This document shows positions 1 to 11,251 of a stretch of DNA of 64,000 nt, piece after piece; the stretch's first letter is position 1, and every line of letters begins with the position of its first letter. A model generated the notes under the pieces. The model was not told where the DNA came from. It saw nothing but the letters and a program-made list of their open reading frames with translations, and made no database searches. Made by a program: the position numbers and the translations under genes. The stretch comes from Neoechinorhynchus agilis (taxonomy: Eukaryota > Animalia > Acanthocephala), in NCBI GenBank assembly GCA_051530055.1, contig CM121341.1:682001-746000 (forward strand), in the 5' to 3' direction.

Positions 1-172
1 ACGTCCAAGAGAGAAAACTGACCCCATGAATATCTTGCGCCTGTAGAAAGTTTTGACCACTTTAAGTCCTAAGAACACGTCAAAGGGAGAAAACTGACCC
101 CATGAATATCTTGCGCCTGTAGAAAGTTTTGACCATTTCAGGTCCTAAGAACACGTCCAAGGGAGAAAACTG
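1..172. repeat. 76-bp tandem repeat, ~2.3 copies visible, probably continues upstream of the window
   Basis: Unit acgtccaag.gagaaaactgaccccatgaatatcttgcgcctgtagaaagttttgacca...gtcctaagaac restarts at 1, 77 and 153. Confidence 0.9.
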
Positions 173-518
173 GCTCCATTCTCCATGTGGTGGACGAACT
201 GATTTATTTGTGTGTGTGTGTGAACATGGACGCGAACACCGGTTCGACACGACGAAATCGCACACTCTGCATGCACTGCACACACACAGCCGACGCCGTC
301 GTCACATTGGCACCTATCGGCGGCGGTGGTTGCATAGCGTTGTGTGTGTGCGTGTGTATTTGCGCTCGCTCGCTCTCTCTCTCTGGGAAGGATGGCGGCG
401 GCGACGGCAGTACAGAGGGAGCGGGTTTCATTCTGCTGTCATACGCGCGTGCCGGGATTCCGAGTCCGTTTTGGCATGGACCGCGTGTGTCTTTGTGCAT
501 TTCAGACGTTGCGCGCAC

Positions 519-1411
519 ATGCCGAGAGCTGCGACGGCGACTGGTTTGAACAGCCGTAAGAGAAAAGAGACGAGGAGGAGAAGGGGTGCCGTTGCTTCTA
601 GAGAGGAATGCATGAAGAGTGCGAGCAGTTTTAATGCTCTCCTAGAGGAAGGGAGATCACGGCGAAAACGTGGATGTATCAACTTACAAACGTACCAACT
701 CGAACAACCATGCACTGAACGGTCAGACGTTGTTGAACGAATCCGGTTCATTGAACGGCATAGTCTTCGGCCTATCGCGACCATGCTTTATCCACCAACG
801 TTCCACAGTGCTCTCATGAAAAGGTCAGCTCTTGGTCTCTCTTTTTGGTTGTGGTGACAATGCTTTTAGCCGTGTCCAGGCCAAGTCAAACTACAAGTCA
901 AATGAGTAGCGGTCAAACCAATTTGAGAGCTTTGTCCGCTATAACCGAACAAACCGAATCCGTCAATCAAACTCCTACGAGACTTGATGAACGTTTACGT
1001 TGTGGAATATGCGATGAGCTAGTTGGAAGTATGCCGAATCGATTAAGACCGCCGTCTTCAGTCGTCCTGACTTGCTCGAGTTGTGTCCGACCTCACCACG
1101 TTGGATGTCTTCAAATGCATCAAACAATGGCCCGTCAGGTTAAAAAGTACAAGTGGCAATGCGTGAATTGCAAGACTTGTACCGTGTGCACCCGGAGCTC
1201 GGACGCACAGTCCTTAATGATGTGCGACCGATGTGATCGTGGTTTCCATTCGTTTTGTGTTGGAATCATTAGTGTTCCGGACGGGAAATGGACTTGTGAG
1301 GATTGCGGGTGCGTTGGAGCATTCAAAACGAAAACAAAGCGAAATGGAACGGTACTATTAGAGAATGAACCAGTCGTGGACGCGAACGGAGACAACAAAC
1401 GAAGGCGGTGA
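519..1411 (+). CDS. PHF10: PHF10/BAF45a/SAYP-like double PHD finger protein; probable intron 824-879; 5' end uncertain
   Basis: Exon 1 KSASSFNALLEEGRSRRKRGCINLQTYQLEQP resembles the SAY segment ([32 protein letters not shown]). Exon 2 has a tandem PHD (CGIC...HVGCL...WQCVNCKTCTVC...MMCDRCDRGFHSFCVG...GKWTCEDC). GT(824)-AG(879) joins the two ORF-track frames in frame. Confidence 0.8.
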
Positions 1412-2640
1412 TCGCCGCGTGTGCTGTGTACAAATCAAAAAAAGGATTTTGGTTCCTTCGCAGGGAAACTCTTTGTTGGTCAATTTATACGATCCGTTGA
1501 TGGGTTTTTTATTACACTGAAATCTTGTGCAATCGTTTGAGAAAACGGCGGTACACAGATTGTGTCGCTTACTCACCCTTTTCATGAAATCCACGGAGCA
1601 TCCTTCGAAAACACGTACATGGCTTGCCGCCGTGATGACTTGTGGTGATGAGGGGCAATTCCGACTTTTTGCTCTTGCCTGAATCGACTTGATTAATCTT
1701 TCTAGTGTAGCAATTCGGTTCATTGATTTTTCTTGTGAGAAAAGGTGTCTTTTTCGTCGTAAAAACCAGTTTGAAGTCTTCTTTCACTTAAATATTGAAC
1801 TCTTGATCCTTTTTTGTTTAGAAAAGTTAAGTTTCTTAGGACACTGTTCTTATCAATCCCGTCGTTTCATTTGCTCGTAAATGCTCGAAACAATCCAACC
1901 AATAATCAAACATTGTAACAACGCAATTGTTCGCTTCATAGACGAACTTTATATAGATCGAAATTTAAAAAAATCAATGTTGCTTACCAGTAACTGTAAT
2001 CTTTAAGAAAGTTCCATTTTTCGCTCAATGTCAATTTTCGTCCTTCTAAGATTATATTTTCGAGAATTACCTTTGATTGTGGATCATCAGTGTGTGAAAA
2101 TATCGTCTAAAGATGTCACTCTCGGCGAATCACTCACATTTTTGCTGTTGATCAGCGTATTGGTTCTGAACAGTCGAAACCGAGGGTATTTGAAGGTTCT
2201 GGATACTTATAGTAACTTTTATCGTTCACGTTACTGGATGCAGCGTATCCATGATCTAAACTCATATATAAAAAGCGAGAGAACATTGTCATCCACGTAT
2301 GAGACATCACCATGGGAAACGGGCTCGTACATCACGTTTGCTACTGCCATTCATAGCGAGTATTTAGAATAAATGGTTTTCGCAAAATCAACTCACGATT
2401 ATTACCAGCACCTTATGGAGCTCGTCGCAATCAAGAATACCCAAAAATGTGGTTTAAATAAAATTCAATTTCGTTATTGCCCTTCGCGTTCCGAACAACA
2501 TAGGCAAAAGTGTAGCAAACAAATGTGGGTCAACTCTTCTGCCGTTATTCGTCCTGACAGTTCTAAAAGCGCCAACATTCCTTAACTAATCCATACCTTA
2601 ACTTCCAAAGTCTTATAGATCTTTCCATAAACATTTTTAG

Positions 2641-3999
2641 ATGCATTCGCGACGACTTGAAACTTTCTACGAGTCGCCAGAGCACCTCCATTTGATTCAA
2701 TCGGAAATCAGAGTGCTAGTTGTAGGAGCCGGTGGTCTAGGTTGCGAGATTCTCAAATGTCTTATAATGTCCGGTATTCGGCAGATCGATATAATTGATA
2801 TGGATATTATTGAAACTTCTAATCTCAATAGACAATTCGTTTTTCGGTCAGAGGATATCGGTCGTCCAAAAGCCAGAGTTGCCGTTGAGCGAATTCAAGA
2901 ACGACTTTGTAACACTTGGACCAAGGAGCAAGTTAGTCTACTTGATTTGAAATATCACGTCTGTAGAATCGAGGAAAAAGAAACGAAATTTTACAGTCAA
3001 TTCAATGCCATAATTTGTGGTTTGGATTCGTTACAAGCCCGGAGGTACATGAATTCTGTTGTTTATTCCTTGGTTCAATTCAATAGCAACGAAGTTGATG
3101 AAAGCTCAATAATCGCATTGATCGATGGTGGAACAGAGGGATTTCTAGGTAGCACCAGACTTGTGATTCCCTACAAAACCGCTTGTATTGAGTGTAATAT
3201 TGATTTATATAGTGACGAACGCCGAACTTATCCATTGTGCACTATAGCTCATACTCCACGGCAGCCTGAACATTGTATTGAGTATTGCCGAATAACTGAA
3301 TGGAACAAGGTATTGCCGTTCGGTGAGCAACTTTTTGATCAAAACTCCGAATGGAAACGGGTTTGTGACACGGGCGCTTCCTAAGAACACAGTCCGTTCA
3401 AAGAACATATCGAATGGTTACACTCGAAAGCAATCGAACGTGCTCATGAATTTGGGATTCAACCGTTTAGTCTCAATCAAACAATTGATATCATCCGAAA
3501 TATTATTCCGGCAGTTTCTACAACAAACACAATGATTGCTGCTCAGTGCGTTTCTATCCTTCTTAATCTTTGTTTTATAATGGAACCAAAGGAAGCGATC
3601 GAGATTGAGCAATTTGTGAACCTTAATGGAATAAGAGGCATCAGTATGTTCGGATTCAATCCATCTCCTCGAGGAGAATGTGCTGTGTGTAGTAGACTTC
3701 GAAAAACAGTTCATGTTGATGTGAATTCGGCTTCGCTTGCAGAAATAATCGAGTGTCTTAAAGTAGATGCTACACTGGGTCTTAGTAATCCTGCGGTTAG
3801 TCTCGGTGGTGAGAATCCGAAGTTGCTTTACATGACAGATATCGGATGTCTCAAAGAAGCAACAGAAAAGAAACTGGAATGCAAGCTTGCAGATTTGGGT
3901 GTAGTCGATGGAACCTATTTGATTGTAACTGATAGCATGCATGCCAATCCGATTGAGATTACTGTAAAGGATGAAAAGTGTGAAGTGAAACTTGAATAA
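2641..3999 (+). CDS. UBA3: NEDD8-activating enzyme E1 catalytic subunit; one interruption near 3323-3403 must be spliced
   Basis: VLVVGAGGLGCE, DMDIIETSNLNRQF, DGGTEGF, catalytic YPLCTIA...PRQPEHCIEY. After the in-frame TAA at 3382-3384 the same frame resumes with EHIEW...IIPAVSTTN and the C-terminal E2-binding domain. Confidence 0.95.
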
Positions 4000-5274
4000 A
4001 GAAATTGTGTAACCGAATATGCGTGTATTTTGTTGAAATTAAACTGTTAAATTTTAAAAGATACTGATAATAGTCTTTTTATACTATAAGCACCGCTGAT
4101 TGTCTTAATCAAAATGCAATTTAATCTTCATTCTTTCAATTGCTTCCACTTAAGACATTTTAATCACTATGCATTGCTAATAAAATTTAGTGGTTGAACT
4201 ATTTATGAATGCTTCAGCAATTGAATCTATCCATAAGCAATGATCTACTCTCATTGGTTCTTTGAGTAGCGTTGCAAGTAGAACAAAATTTAAACGAATT
4301 TGTTGTTGTGTGCCATAATTTGTCATAAGAAATAAATTTTGAAGGATTAAACAATCTGTAAAGTTTAGAATATTTTTTTGTAAGTAGATGCAAATAAAGG
4401 AGGGTTGAGTTGTTAATAAAACCAGCGGCGGTTGTAAATCTAAAATTTGCCAAAGAAAACTCATAAGTATAGGAATTTACTTTATTTCCATAATTTATGA
4501 GAATAATTCCTAATCCCATGCAAACATAATAAACCATTTATCTCGGGAAGCTCAGACTAGAAACATGTAACTAAACATCTTTTTTTTATGGGTGGGCACT
4601 TATTTCAGTTCAACCGGCGCCACAATCAAGCTTATCAAGTTCACTCTAGTGGTTCAAGTAGTTTACCAAAGTGGCGGTGTTAGGGTCGATGATGGACTTT
4701 TACTTAAAGATTCAAATTTGAACTTTTCCGTATAATTTGCTCATCTGGATGGGCCATTAAGCATAGTCTAATAAAGAAATCCACGACTTTTATCCGCCAC
4801 GAATGATCGTGATCATCGTTCGTGCCATCAATAACGGGCCATACTATCTCTAAAAGATACCGCATACATTTTCAGAAGATACCTTTAACCTTTTAAAATC
4901 TATCCTTACCATCACTATTATGGTTGAATAGCCCGCTTTGCTGTCCAAATATTCCGAAGGACCAAGGGTCATTGCATTTTGGTTTCACCGAAATGAAATA
5001 TCGTCGTTAATGAGATCGCATTAAACTTCGATTTCCACGATCAACATGAACGCATTGGTGAATCGATCACGTCGTGCTGCCACAGCGTCAACCTCAAAAG
5101 TCGACGAACATCGCCTAAGAGTGTTTCAGAAGTGCGTGAGCGGTTACGAATCCGGCTCATATATAGCGTTTTGGTTGTCTTTTTTCGCGTGCACTAAGCA
5201 TTAACGTGTATAACTTCCTTGAGTGCGAGCCTTCTCTTTAGAATCAGACTACGTTCCTCATTTGAAGAAGCAAT

Positions 5275-6231
5275 ATGTTGGATTTAAGCAAACCGCTTTA
5301 TGACCAAAGCACATATACTGGACGTCTTAAGCATTTTGCTCGTTTAACTAACCCTTTGAATTTATTTGCTTCCGATGCTCATCTACGTGAAGCTCGGACT
5401 ATTGTGGAATCCTATATGAAAGGCGATCCATCAGTCGTCGCCTATACACAGCCCGCTACACTGTGGCGTTCAAAGTACCTCGCGGATTCCGCGTTCCATC
5501 CTGAAACTGGGGAGAAGATGAATCTAATTGGCCGAATGTCCGCACAAGTGCCGTGCAACATGGTCATCACCGGATTCATGATGACTTTCTACAAAACCAA
5601 CGCTAGTGTTTTTATGTGGCAATGGATCAATCAATCGTTCAATGCACTCGTTAATTACACAAATCGAAGTGGAAGTACTGCTATGACCAACAGACAAATC
5701 ATTGAATCATATGTTGTCGCTACAAGTGCAGCCACCGTCACTGCCTTGGGTGTAAAGTCTTTAGTAAAATCCTTCCCTCCATTAGTAGCTCGATTCGTTC
5801 CGTTCACAGCCGTCGCCGCTGCCAATTGCGTAAATATACCATTTATGCGGTATTCTGAGATTAGAGATGGCGTTGCCGTTTTCGATGCTGGCAATGTTCA
5901 AGTCGGAGAATCAAGTGCCGCTGCAAAGAAAGGAGTAGCCACCACAGTGTTGTCCAGAATATTCATGTGCACCCCGGGAATGATCCTCCCGCCATTCTTA
6001 ATGGAGCGTTTGGAAAAAAGACCGGTATTCATAAGATATCCAATGCTTAGCGCCATTGTCCAAATCGGATTAGTCGGAATTTTTCTATCGTTTATGACTC
6101 CTGCTGGCTGTGCGCTTTTCGATCAGAGATCTTCTATTAGCGTTAAAAAAGTTGAGGATCCATTGAGATCAAAACTCGTTGAACGAGGATATAAACCATA
6201 CGATAAGCTTTACTTTAATAAAGGCCTTTAA
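5275..6231 (+). CDS. SFXN: Sideroflexin (SFXN1/3-like mitochondrial carrier), intronless
   Basis: DQSTYTGRLKHF, HPETGE, GRMSAQVPCNM, WQWINQSFNALVNYTNRS, C-terminal YFNKGL. Confidence 0.95.
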   Translation: MLDLSKPLYDQSTYTGRLKHFARLTNPLNLFASDAHLREARTIVESYMKGDPSVVAYTQPATLWRSKYLADSAFHPETGEKMNLIGRMSAQVPCNMVITGFMMTFYKTNASVFMWQWINQSFNALVNYTNRSGSTAMTNRQIIESYVVATSAATVTALGVKSLVKSFPPLVARFVPFTAVAAANCVNIPFMRYSEIRDGVAVFDAGNVQVGESSAAAKKGVATTVLSRIFMCTPGMILPPFLMERLEKRPVFIRYPMLSAIVQIGLVGIFLSFMTPAGCALFDQRSSISVKKVEDPLRSKLVERGYKPYDKLYFNKGL

Positions 6232-6481
6232 GGTTTACCCATTTAAAGAATTCTGAGTGAAAACCCCAATAAAAAAGATTTGATTCGATATAATCGAGAA
6301 ATAACATTTTATCGACTTCGAATAAAATGGCTTACTGGTTCTCAATCAACAGATTGTTATCAATATAATGATCTATTTGTTTGTTTGTTACTTTTAATCG
6401 CCTAATGAACCATACAGTTTCATAGTTTCCCGATCATACAGTATATGTTGCACAATCGCAAATTTACCACAACTAATAAAA

Positions 6482-7453
6482 ATGCTTCATTTCCATTTTT
6501 TGCTGTTCTTTATGTCAAAGTCAATTGAGTCTGCAATGTTTTTTGAAAAGGATAACCAAACATATCAAATAATTTCGGAGCATGAAGATAGAAGGGAGAA
6601 GCGTTCGATACCCCATTACAGAGATACGACTGTTGATCACATAATGAAATCGATAGACTTTAATGGCGATCACAAGATTAGCCAGAAGGAACTAAGAAAA
6701 TTCGTCGGAAATAAAATGAACGCCCATCATGACCGTCAAATCAGCAAGTTATGCGGTGATCGACCACACAGAAACGATTCCAGTATATCGTTTGATCTTG
6801 TATTTGTAGCCAAACATGGACTGCCTGCTCTGAACGCCTACGAAGATGCACTTTCCTTACCTCGAGACGAAGAGGACTTGATTAGTCGTTCATACATCGC
6901 AAAGTATAAAGATTTGATTGTTGCACTTTACACAAAGGAACTTGCATTGTGGTACTTTGTCTTAAAACGTTATGAATCGCCCAGCCGATTTCTTCAATGT
7001 TCTCACGTAAATGAAGTTTTATGGCCTTCGGAGTATGAGCACTGCAGACAGTTTCTAGCTAAACTTCTAATGGATAGCCTAAACTTCAATGAGATTGAAG
7101 ATGCTTACATTTTGGAACATTGTGGCGGCGATAAGTGTCGCAGCAAGTGTACTCGTGCTCTCGAAAATGCATATTTCCCGAACTTCGATACAAAAGTCAA
7201 TCGACATGTTCGAATCATAATGCGATACGTCGATCAAGACCGAGACAATTTTATTTCAGAGCACGAGATAAAAACGCACTTTAAGACGGTACATTCATTA
7301 TTGTTCGACTCATTCGGTAAACTTTTAAGGGTTGTCAAACGAAATGAACGGCGTGATGGAAAAATGAGATGCAAGAGAAGCGATTCGTACAGTGTTACTG
7401 AGATCGACGACGATATGTTCGGTCCAAACAATCCATTGCAAGCGATAGATTAG
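6482..7453 (+). CDS. Putative secreted protein with two widely separated EF-hand loops
   Basis: Hydrophobic N-terminus; canonical 12-residue loops DFNGDHKISQKE and DQDRDNFISEHE; Cys-containing middle region; 323-aa single ORF. Confidence 0.65.
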   Translation: MLHFHFLLFFMSKSIESAMFFEKDNQTYQIISEHEDRREKRSIPHYRDTTVDHIMKSIDFNGDHKISQKELRKFVGNKMNAHHDRQISKLCGDRPHRNDSSISFDLVFVAKHGLPALNAYEDALSLPRDEEDLISRSYIAKYKDLIVALYTKELALWYFVLKRYESPSRFLQCSHVNEVLWPSEYEHCRQFLAKLLMDSLNFNEIEDAYILEHCGGDKCRSKCTRALENAYFPNFDTKVNRHVRIIMRYVDQDRDNFISEHEIKTHFKTVHSLLFDSFGKLLRVVKRNERRDGKMRCKRSDSYSVTEIDDDMFGPNNPLQAID

Positions 7454-9664
7454 GTTTCATCGATATCCATATATTAAATTGATATATTCGTTTCGTTGTA
7501 GATGAATGTGGGTGGAAAATACTAAATTCTCTACTTATTGCCTATCAAACATTGCGGAAAACTTTTAATTTATTCGTCTTAATATGCTCCCTAATGACGG
7601 AATTAGAACGAACTGGTTGGACAAAAGCGTTCCAATAATTTTGGTATGTTAGGACGTACATTATATGAGTTTAATCTGCCTAATTTTTTAATATTTCGCT
7701 GGTTAAAATATTTTAAAAGTAAGTTGCTTACATTTGTAGGTGGATTTGTTTCCATACTCCAAGTGCTTGATTGCACATGCACACGAATCTAAATTAACAA
7801 ATCATTTAATTCTTAATTTTACTGCTTATCAAGATCGTTATATTTATAAAGCAAATATCGAACTATTTACCAAACGCGATGAATTTAATAATGATTTTTG
7901 AGGAAGTGTATAAAACAAAAGTTTAGACCGATGTAACCCTCTCGATGACTTATTCATTGAAATTATCTGTAAGTATAGCATTTCGAACTGATGTCTTAGC
8001 TCACATATCAAATTCACCAAATAATGCAAGAATCTTTCAAGGTACACAATTTCTGACCATTTTATTTACAACAAGAAAATGAATTACATTTGAATCGAAC
8101 TTTTATGATGAGCAAGGGAATATATCCTCATCATCTGCACAAGAGATTTATTTTCGGAGTTGATCGTTATTAATGTTCTGTACAAGAAATGATTTTCACT
8201 CAGAGAATGCACACATTCCGAAATTGCTAGCGTTTCCAAATGAGTCTAAACGAAAATAAAGAAAATTAAAATGCTGGAGTGAGTACTCTTCTATAATATT
8301 CCTGCCAGTTCGAAGATCAGCACGGTACGAACAGCAATAATGCTAGATTTATCGCCTTAAATTATTCCGCGCGGATTATTATCCATTTCTGCGTGATAAC
8401 GATGGATATTAGGCGCAAGTTTTAAAAATTTGCTACTAACGCTCGAGATTTACATATATATTTATGAAAAATTATCTAATAAATAATCTTGACCTTTCAT
8501 GAACGGGTAAAAAGGAATCTGAAGAATAGGGCATTATATTTTCGAGTGGTGTTGAGTTTGCGAGGCTAATCAAATAAATAGAAAATATAGTGGTCGCGAA
8601 AATGAGAACGATAAATGTGATGCTAAATATAAAGTATATCTTTATCCATTCTTAAAGTTTCATCTCTTAATGTAATAAATCTAACTTTATAATTTGAAAG
8701 AAAAAATTTGATGAAAATAAAAATCTTTGACGCTGGATTCTGACCGCTGTTAGATCATAACTTGCTTGCATAAATAAAGACCCTTTCATACGGATCAAGC
8801 GAAACGTTCAAAATAAGGGTGTTTCTTTAATTAAACAAATTAAGGCCACGAAAACATGCATTTTCGTTAAGTCGATCAAAAGAACAAGCTGCAGAATAAT
8901 GAAGTCAAGACGTGTTTCGGTTTCAAAATCGAATATTGAACGGCATTCTGTACCAATGAGAATTTCAAAGACAACTAGATCTCATTTTGAATAGTAAGAA
9001 TTATTCGAAGAGGCGATCATAAGGAAAGTATTAGAGATCGCCTTTAGTTTAGTATTATTTTTTCTGCCTAGAACCGATTATTAATAACAATAAACAGCAG
9101 AAGTTAATTAAGAAAACAATTTATAATCAAGCACAACGACCCCAAATTGTCGATTTCTACAAGTAAAAGCAATGTTCCATTAAGCCTCGTCATTCGACGG
9201 AGAAATGCTGAAAATAGGGAAGCTGTTAAGATTATTATGGTTCTTGATGACTCTGGCATCTTTCAGTAAAGATATCGAACAATGATCAGAATCACAAAGC
9301 GTTCATAATACAAATGATAATATAATTTGCTAGGAGTTTGAAATAATAGGATTTTGAAATTCAGTAATTCCTAAAATTTAAGAAACATTGTGTTTATCGT
9401 GAAAACAAACTTTAAGTGACGATATGGATCGTACGAAACAATTGATCTGAAGAATGTGTTTACGGGGGTTGTTTTGCGAAAACTTCGATCTGAAAACGTA
9501 ATCACTTGGGGTTTAAATAGGACTCGTTCGAACGTCTCATAGTAACAACTCCTCTACTAACCTCCACATCGCGGCCAGAGTAACGATCAAAAAGCCATTT
9601 TTGCACAAATCAGTCATTACATTTTGATAACTAATCATTAATTGCTCCTGTTCAAAATCACGCT

Positions 9665-11251
9665 ATGGATTCTATTATTGATAAGCTACTATCGGAGGTA
9701 CTCGAAAAAGTTAGCAAGAATATCCCAGATGCGAATCAGGAGCGATTGAGAAATACATTGATAGAGGTGGATGCTGCAATACATACACTGAGGATTATGG
9801 CCGAGCATGCCGACCATAAGCTGCGGCGAAATATTACAACTTCTCATTTGTCAGTTGAAGACAATGAAACCCTAAAAACCGGTGAAAAAAGAAATGTCCA
9901 GTTTCAAATTGAACCTGGCCAGAGATGTTCAATCCAAGTATACAGTGGCGAACCGAGTGCTGCAGCAATTGCATCTTCAATCAATCAGACGATGGGCCAA
10001 GGTCAAGACAAAATAGAAATCAGGACAGGTCAGCAAATAGAGCAAACGACAAGGACACAAAGAAGTTTCGGTGTTCAAAACGCACCGTTAGTGAGCCAAA
10101 GACCGACACAACAGTCGCAAATAGACGAAGGAGATCAAATTCAGTCAAGTTTGGGAATGAGTATAAACGAAAGGGCGCTCGAGGACATAATGCAAGTTAT
10201 TATTCGGAATGCCGACATGATGTCGAATATCGGCCCAAGCTATGGCATGGCTGTTCCAAATCTGTTCAATGAAAATCACGCAGGTATTATTGGTCTTGAG
10301 ATGGTCAATGAGTTCCTGGCGGCATACGATGACCCTCGTGGATATTACAAACAACAGACACCGCCGGGACCCCCGCGGACGTGTTTTACCTGCAGAAACT
10401 TCATGACTCCAATGTGGCATCCGTTCCAGTCGTCTTACATATGCAATTCCTGCTACAATTTACTTGCTTATGCCGCCGTAGAGAAAACGATCCAGACATT
10501 GACCAATCGATTCTTATCCGATGATAACAATAGTAACTTACCGACGCTAGTAACGCCCGTGGGGGATCAAGTTGTAATGATGCCGACGAATTCGGCTACA
10601 AATTCCACAACTCCAGCAATGAGAGGTAATCAGCATAAGATAATCAACAGAAGACAAAGGCGTGCTCAAAAGAAACCGAATCGTCCAGCCAATCAAAGTG
10701 CACCACAATCTACGAATTCGCAGAATATCCAAAATATTGGAACTGCGGCGAATGTGACCATACAGCAGATTAACACGGATTCAAATTTGATGGCACAGAA
10801 TGCTTCGGGGGGTCCGCTGGACACTTCAACAGCAACCGCGGACAAATTAAGCCTTCCACATCTTCAAAACCTTATTTCCGAAATGATTAATGAGCGTTTA
10901 ATACAGATTGCTGGACAAAGTCGAAACGCCGCGATCCAACATGAAACGAGATATCACAATAACGCCCCGATGGCTGCAGCACAACAACAAAGTTATGATG
11001 CGAGTAGAGCCATTCAGAATTCGCAGGCATTTTCAATGACCAGAGATATAGTTCCTCCCTCAATGGTTGGATCAGAGTATCCAAATACATTGACTAACAA
11101 CTTAGAAACTCCGCAAAGTCCGCAAATAACGCAAGAGATCCCACAAGATCAATTGACAATACCGCTTTTAGAGTCTCTTATATCCAATATTCTCAATCAG
11201 CATATGGGTAACAGTGAAGGTTCAATAGGTGAACAAAGGACTCAGAGGTAA
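9665..11251 (+). CDS. 528-aa Q/N/S/T-rich protein with one atypical GATA-type Cys4 finger (C-X2-C-X16-C-X2-C)
   Basis: Long single ORF; CFTCRNFMTPMWHPFQSSYICNSC with the TP.W signature; repeated amphipathic LxxLI helices. Confidence 0.65.
   Translation: MDSIIDKLLSEVLEKVSKNIPDANQERLRNTLIEVDAAIHTLRIMAEHADHKLRRNITTSHLSVEDNETLKTGEKRNVQFQIEPGQRCSIQVYSGEPSAAAIASSINQTMGQGQDKIEIRTGQQIEQTTRTQRSFGVQNAPLVSQRPTQQSQIDEGDQIQSSLGMSINERALEDIMQVIIRNADMMSNIGPSYGMAVPNLFNENHAGIIGLEMVNEFLAAYDDPRGYYKQQTPPGPPRTCFTCRNFMTPMWHPFQSSYICNSCYNLLAYAAVEKTIQTLTNRFLSDDNNSNLPTLVTPVGDQVVMMPTNSATNSTTPAMRGNQHKIINRRQRRAQKKPNRPANQSAPQSTNSQNIQNIGTAANVTIQQINTDSNLMAQNASGGPLDTSTATADKLSLPHLQNLISEMINERLIQIAGQSRNAAIQHETRYHNNAPMAAAQQQSYDASRAIQNSQAFSMTRDIVPPSMVGSEYPNTLTNNLETPQSPQITQEIPQDQLTIPLLESLISNILNQHMGNSEGSIGEQRTQR

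Noticed and set aside
80-560. Overlapping Cys/His/Val-rich ORFs at the window start
   Set aside because: Artefacts of (TG)n/(CA)n/(CT)n microsatellites and the 76-bp repeat.
1358-2585. Short ORFs between PHF10 and UBA3
   Set aside because: No motifs and no consistent exon chain.
3382-3384. TAA reassignment or readthrough (in-frame TAA in UBA3, the 12997 frame and at 47379)
   Set aside because: TAA terminates conserved C-termini of sideroflexin (FNKGL*), UBA3 and RPB6 in this same window.
3380-3391. 11-mer cctaagaacac shared between the UBA3 insert and the 76-bp repeat
   Set aside because: A match of this length is expected by chance given the number of comparisons; no flanking similarity.
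4177-5090. Possible minus-strand multi-exon gene between UBA3 and sideroflexin
   Set aside because: One plausible GT-AG intron but no start codon, no coherent full model and no recognisable motif; needs RNA-seq.
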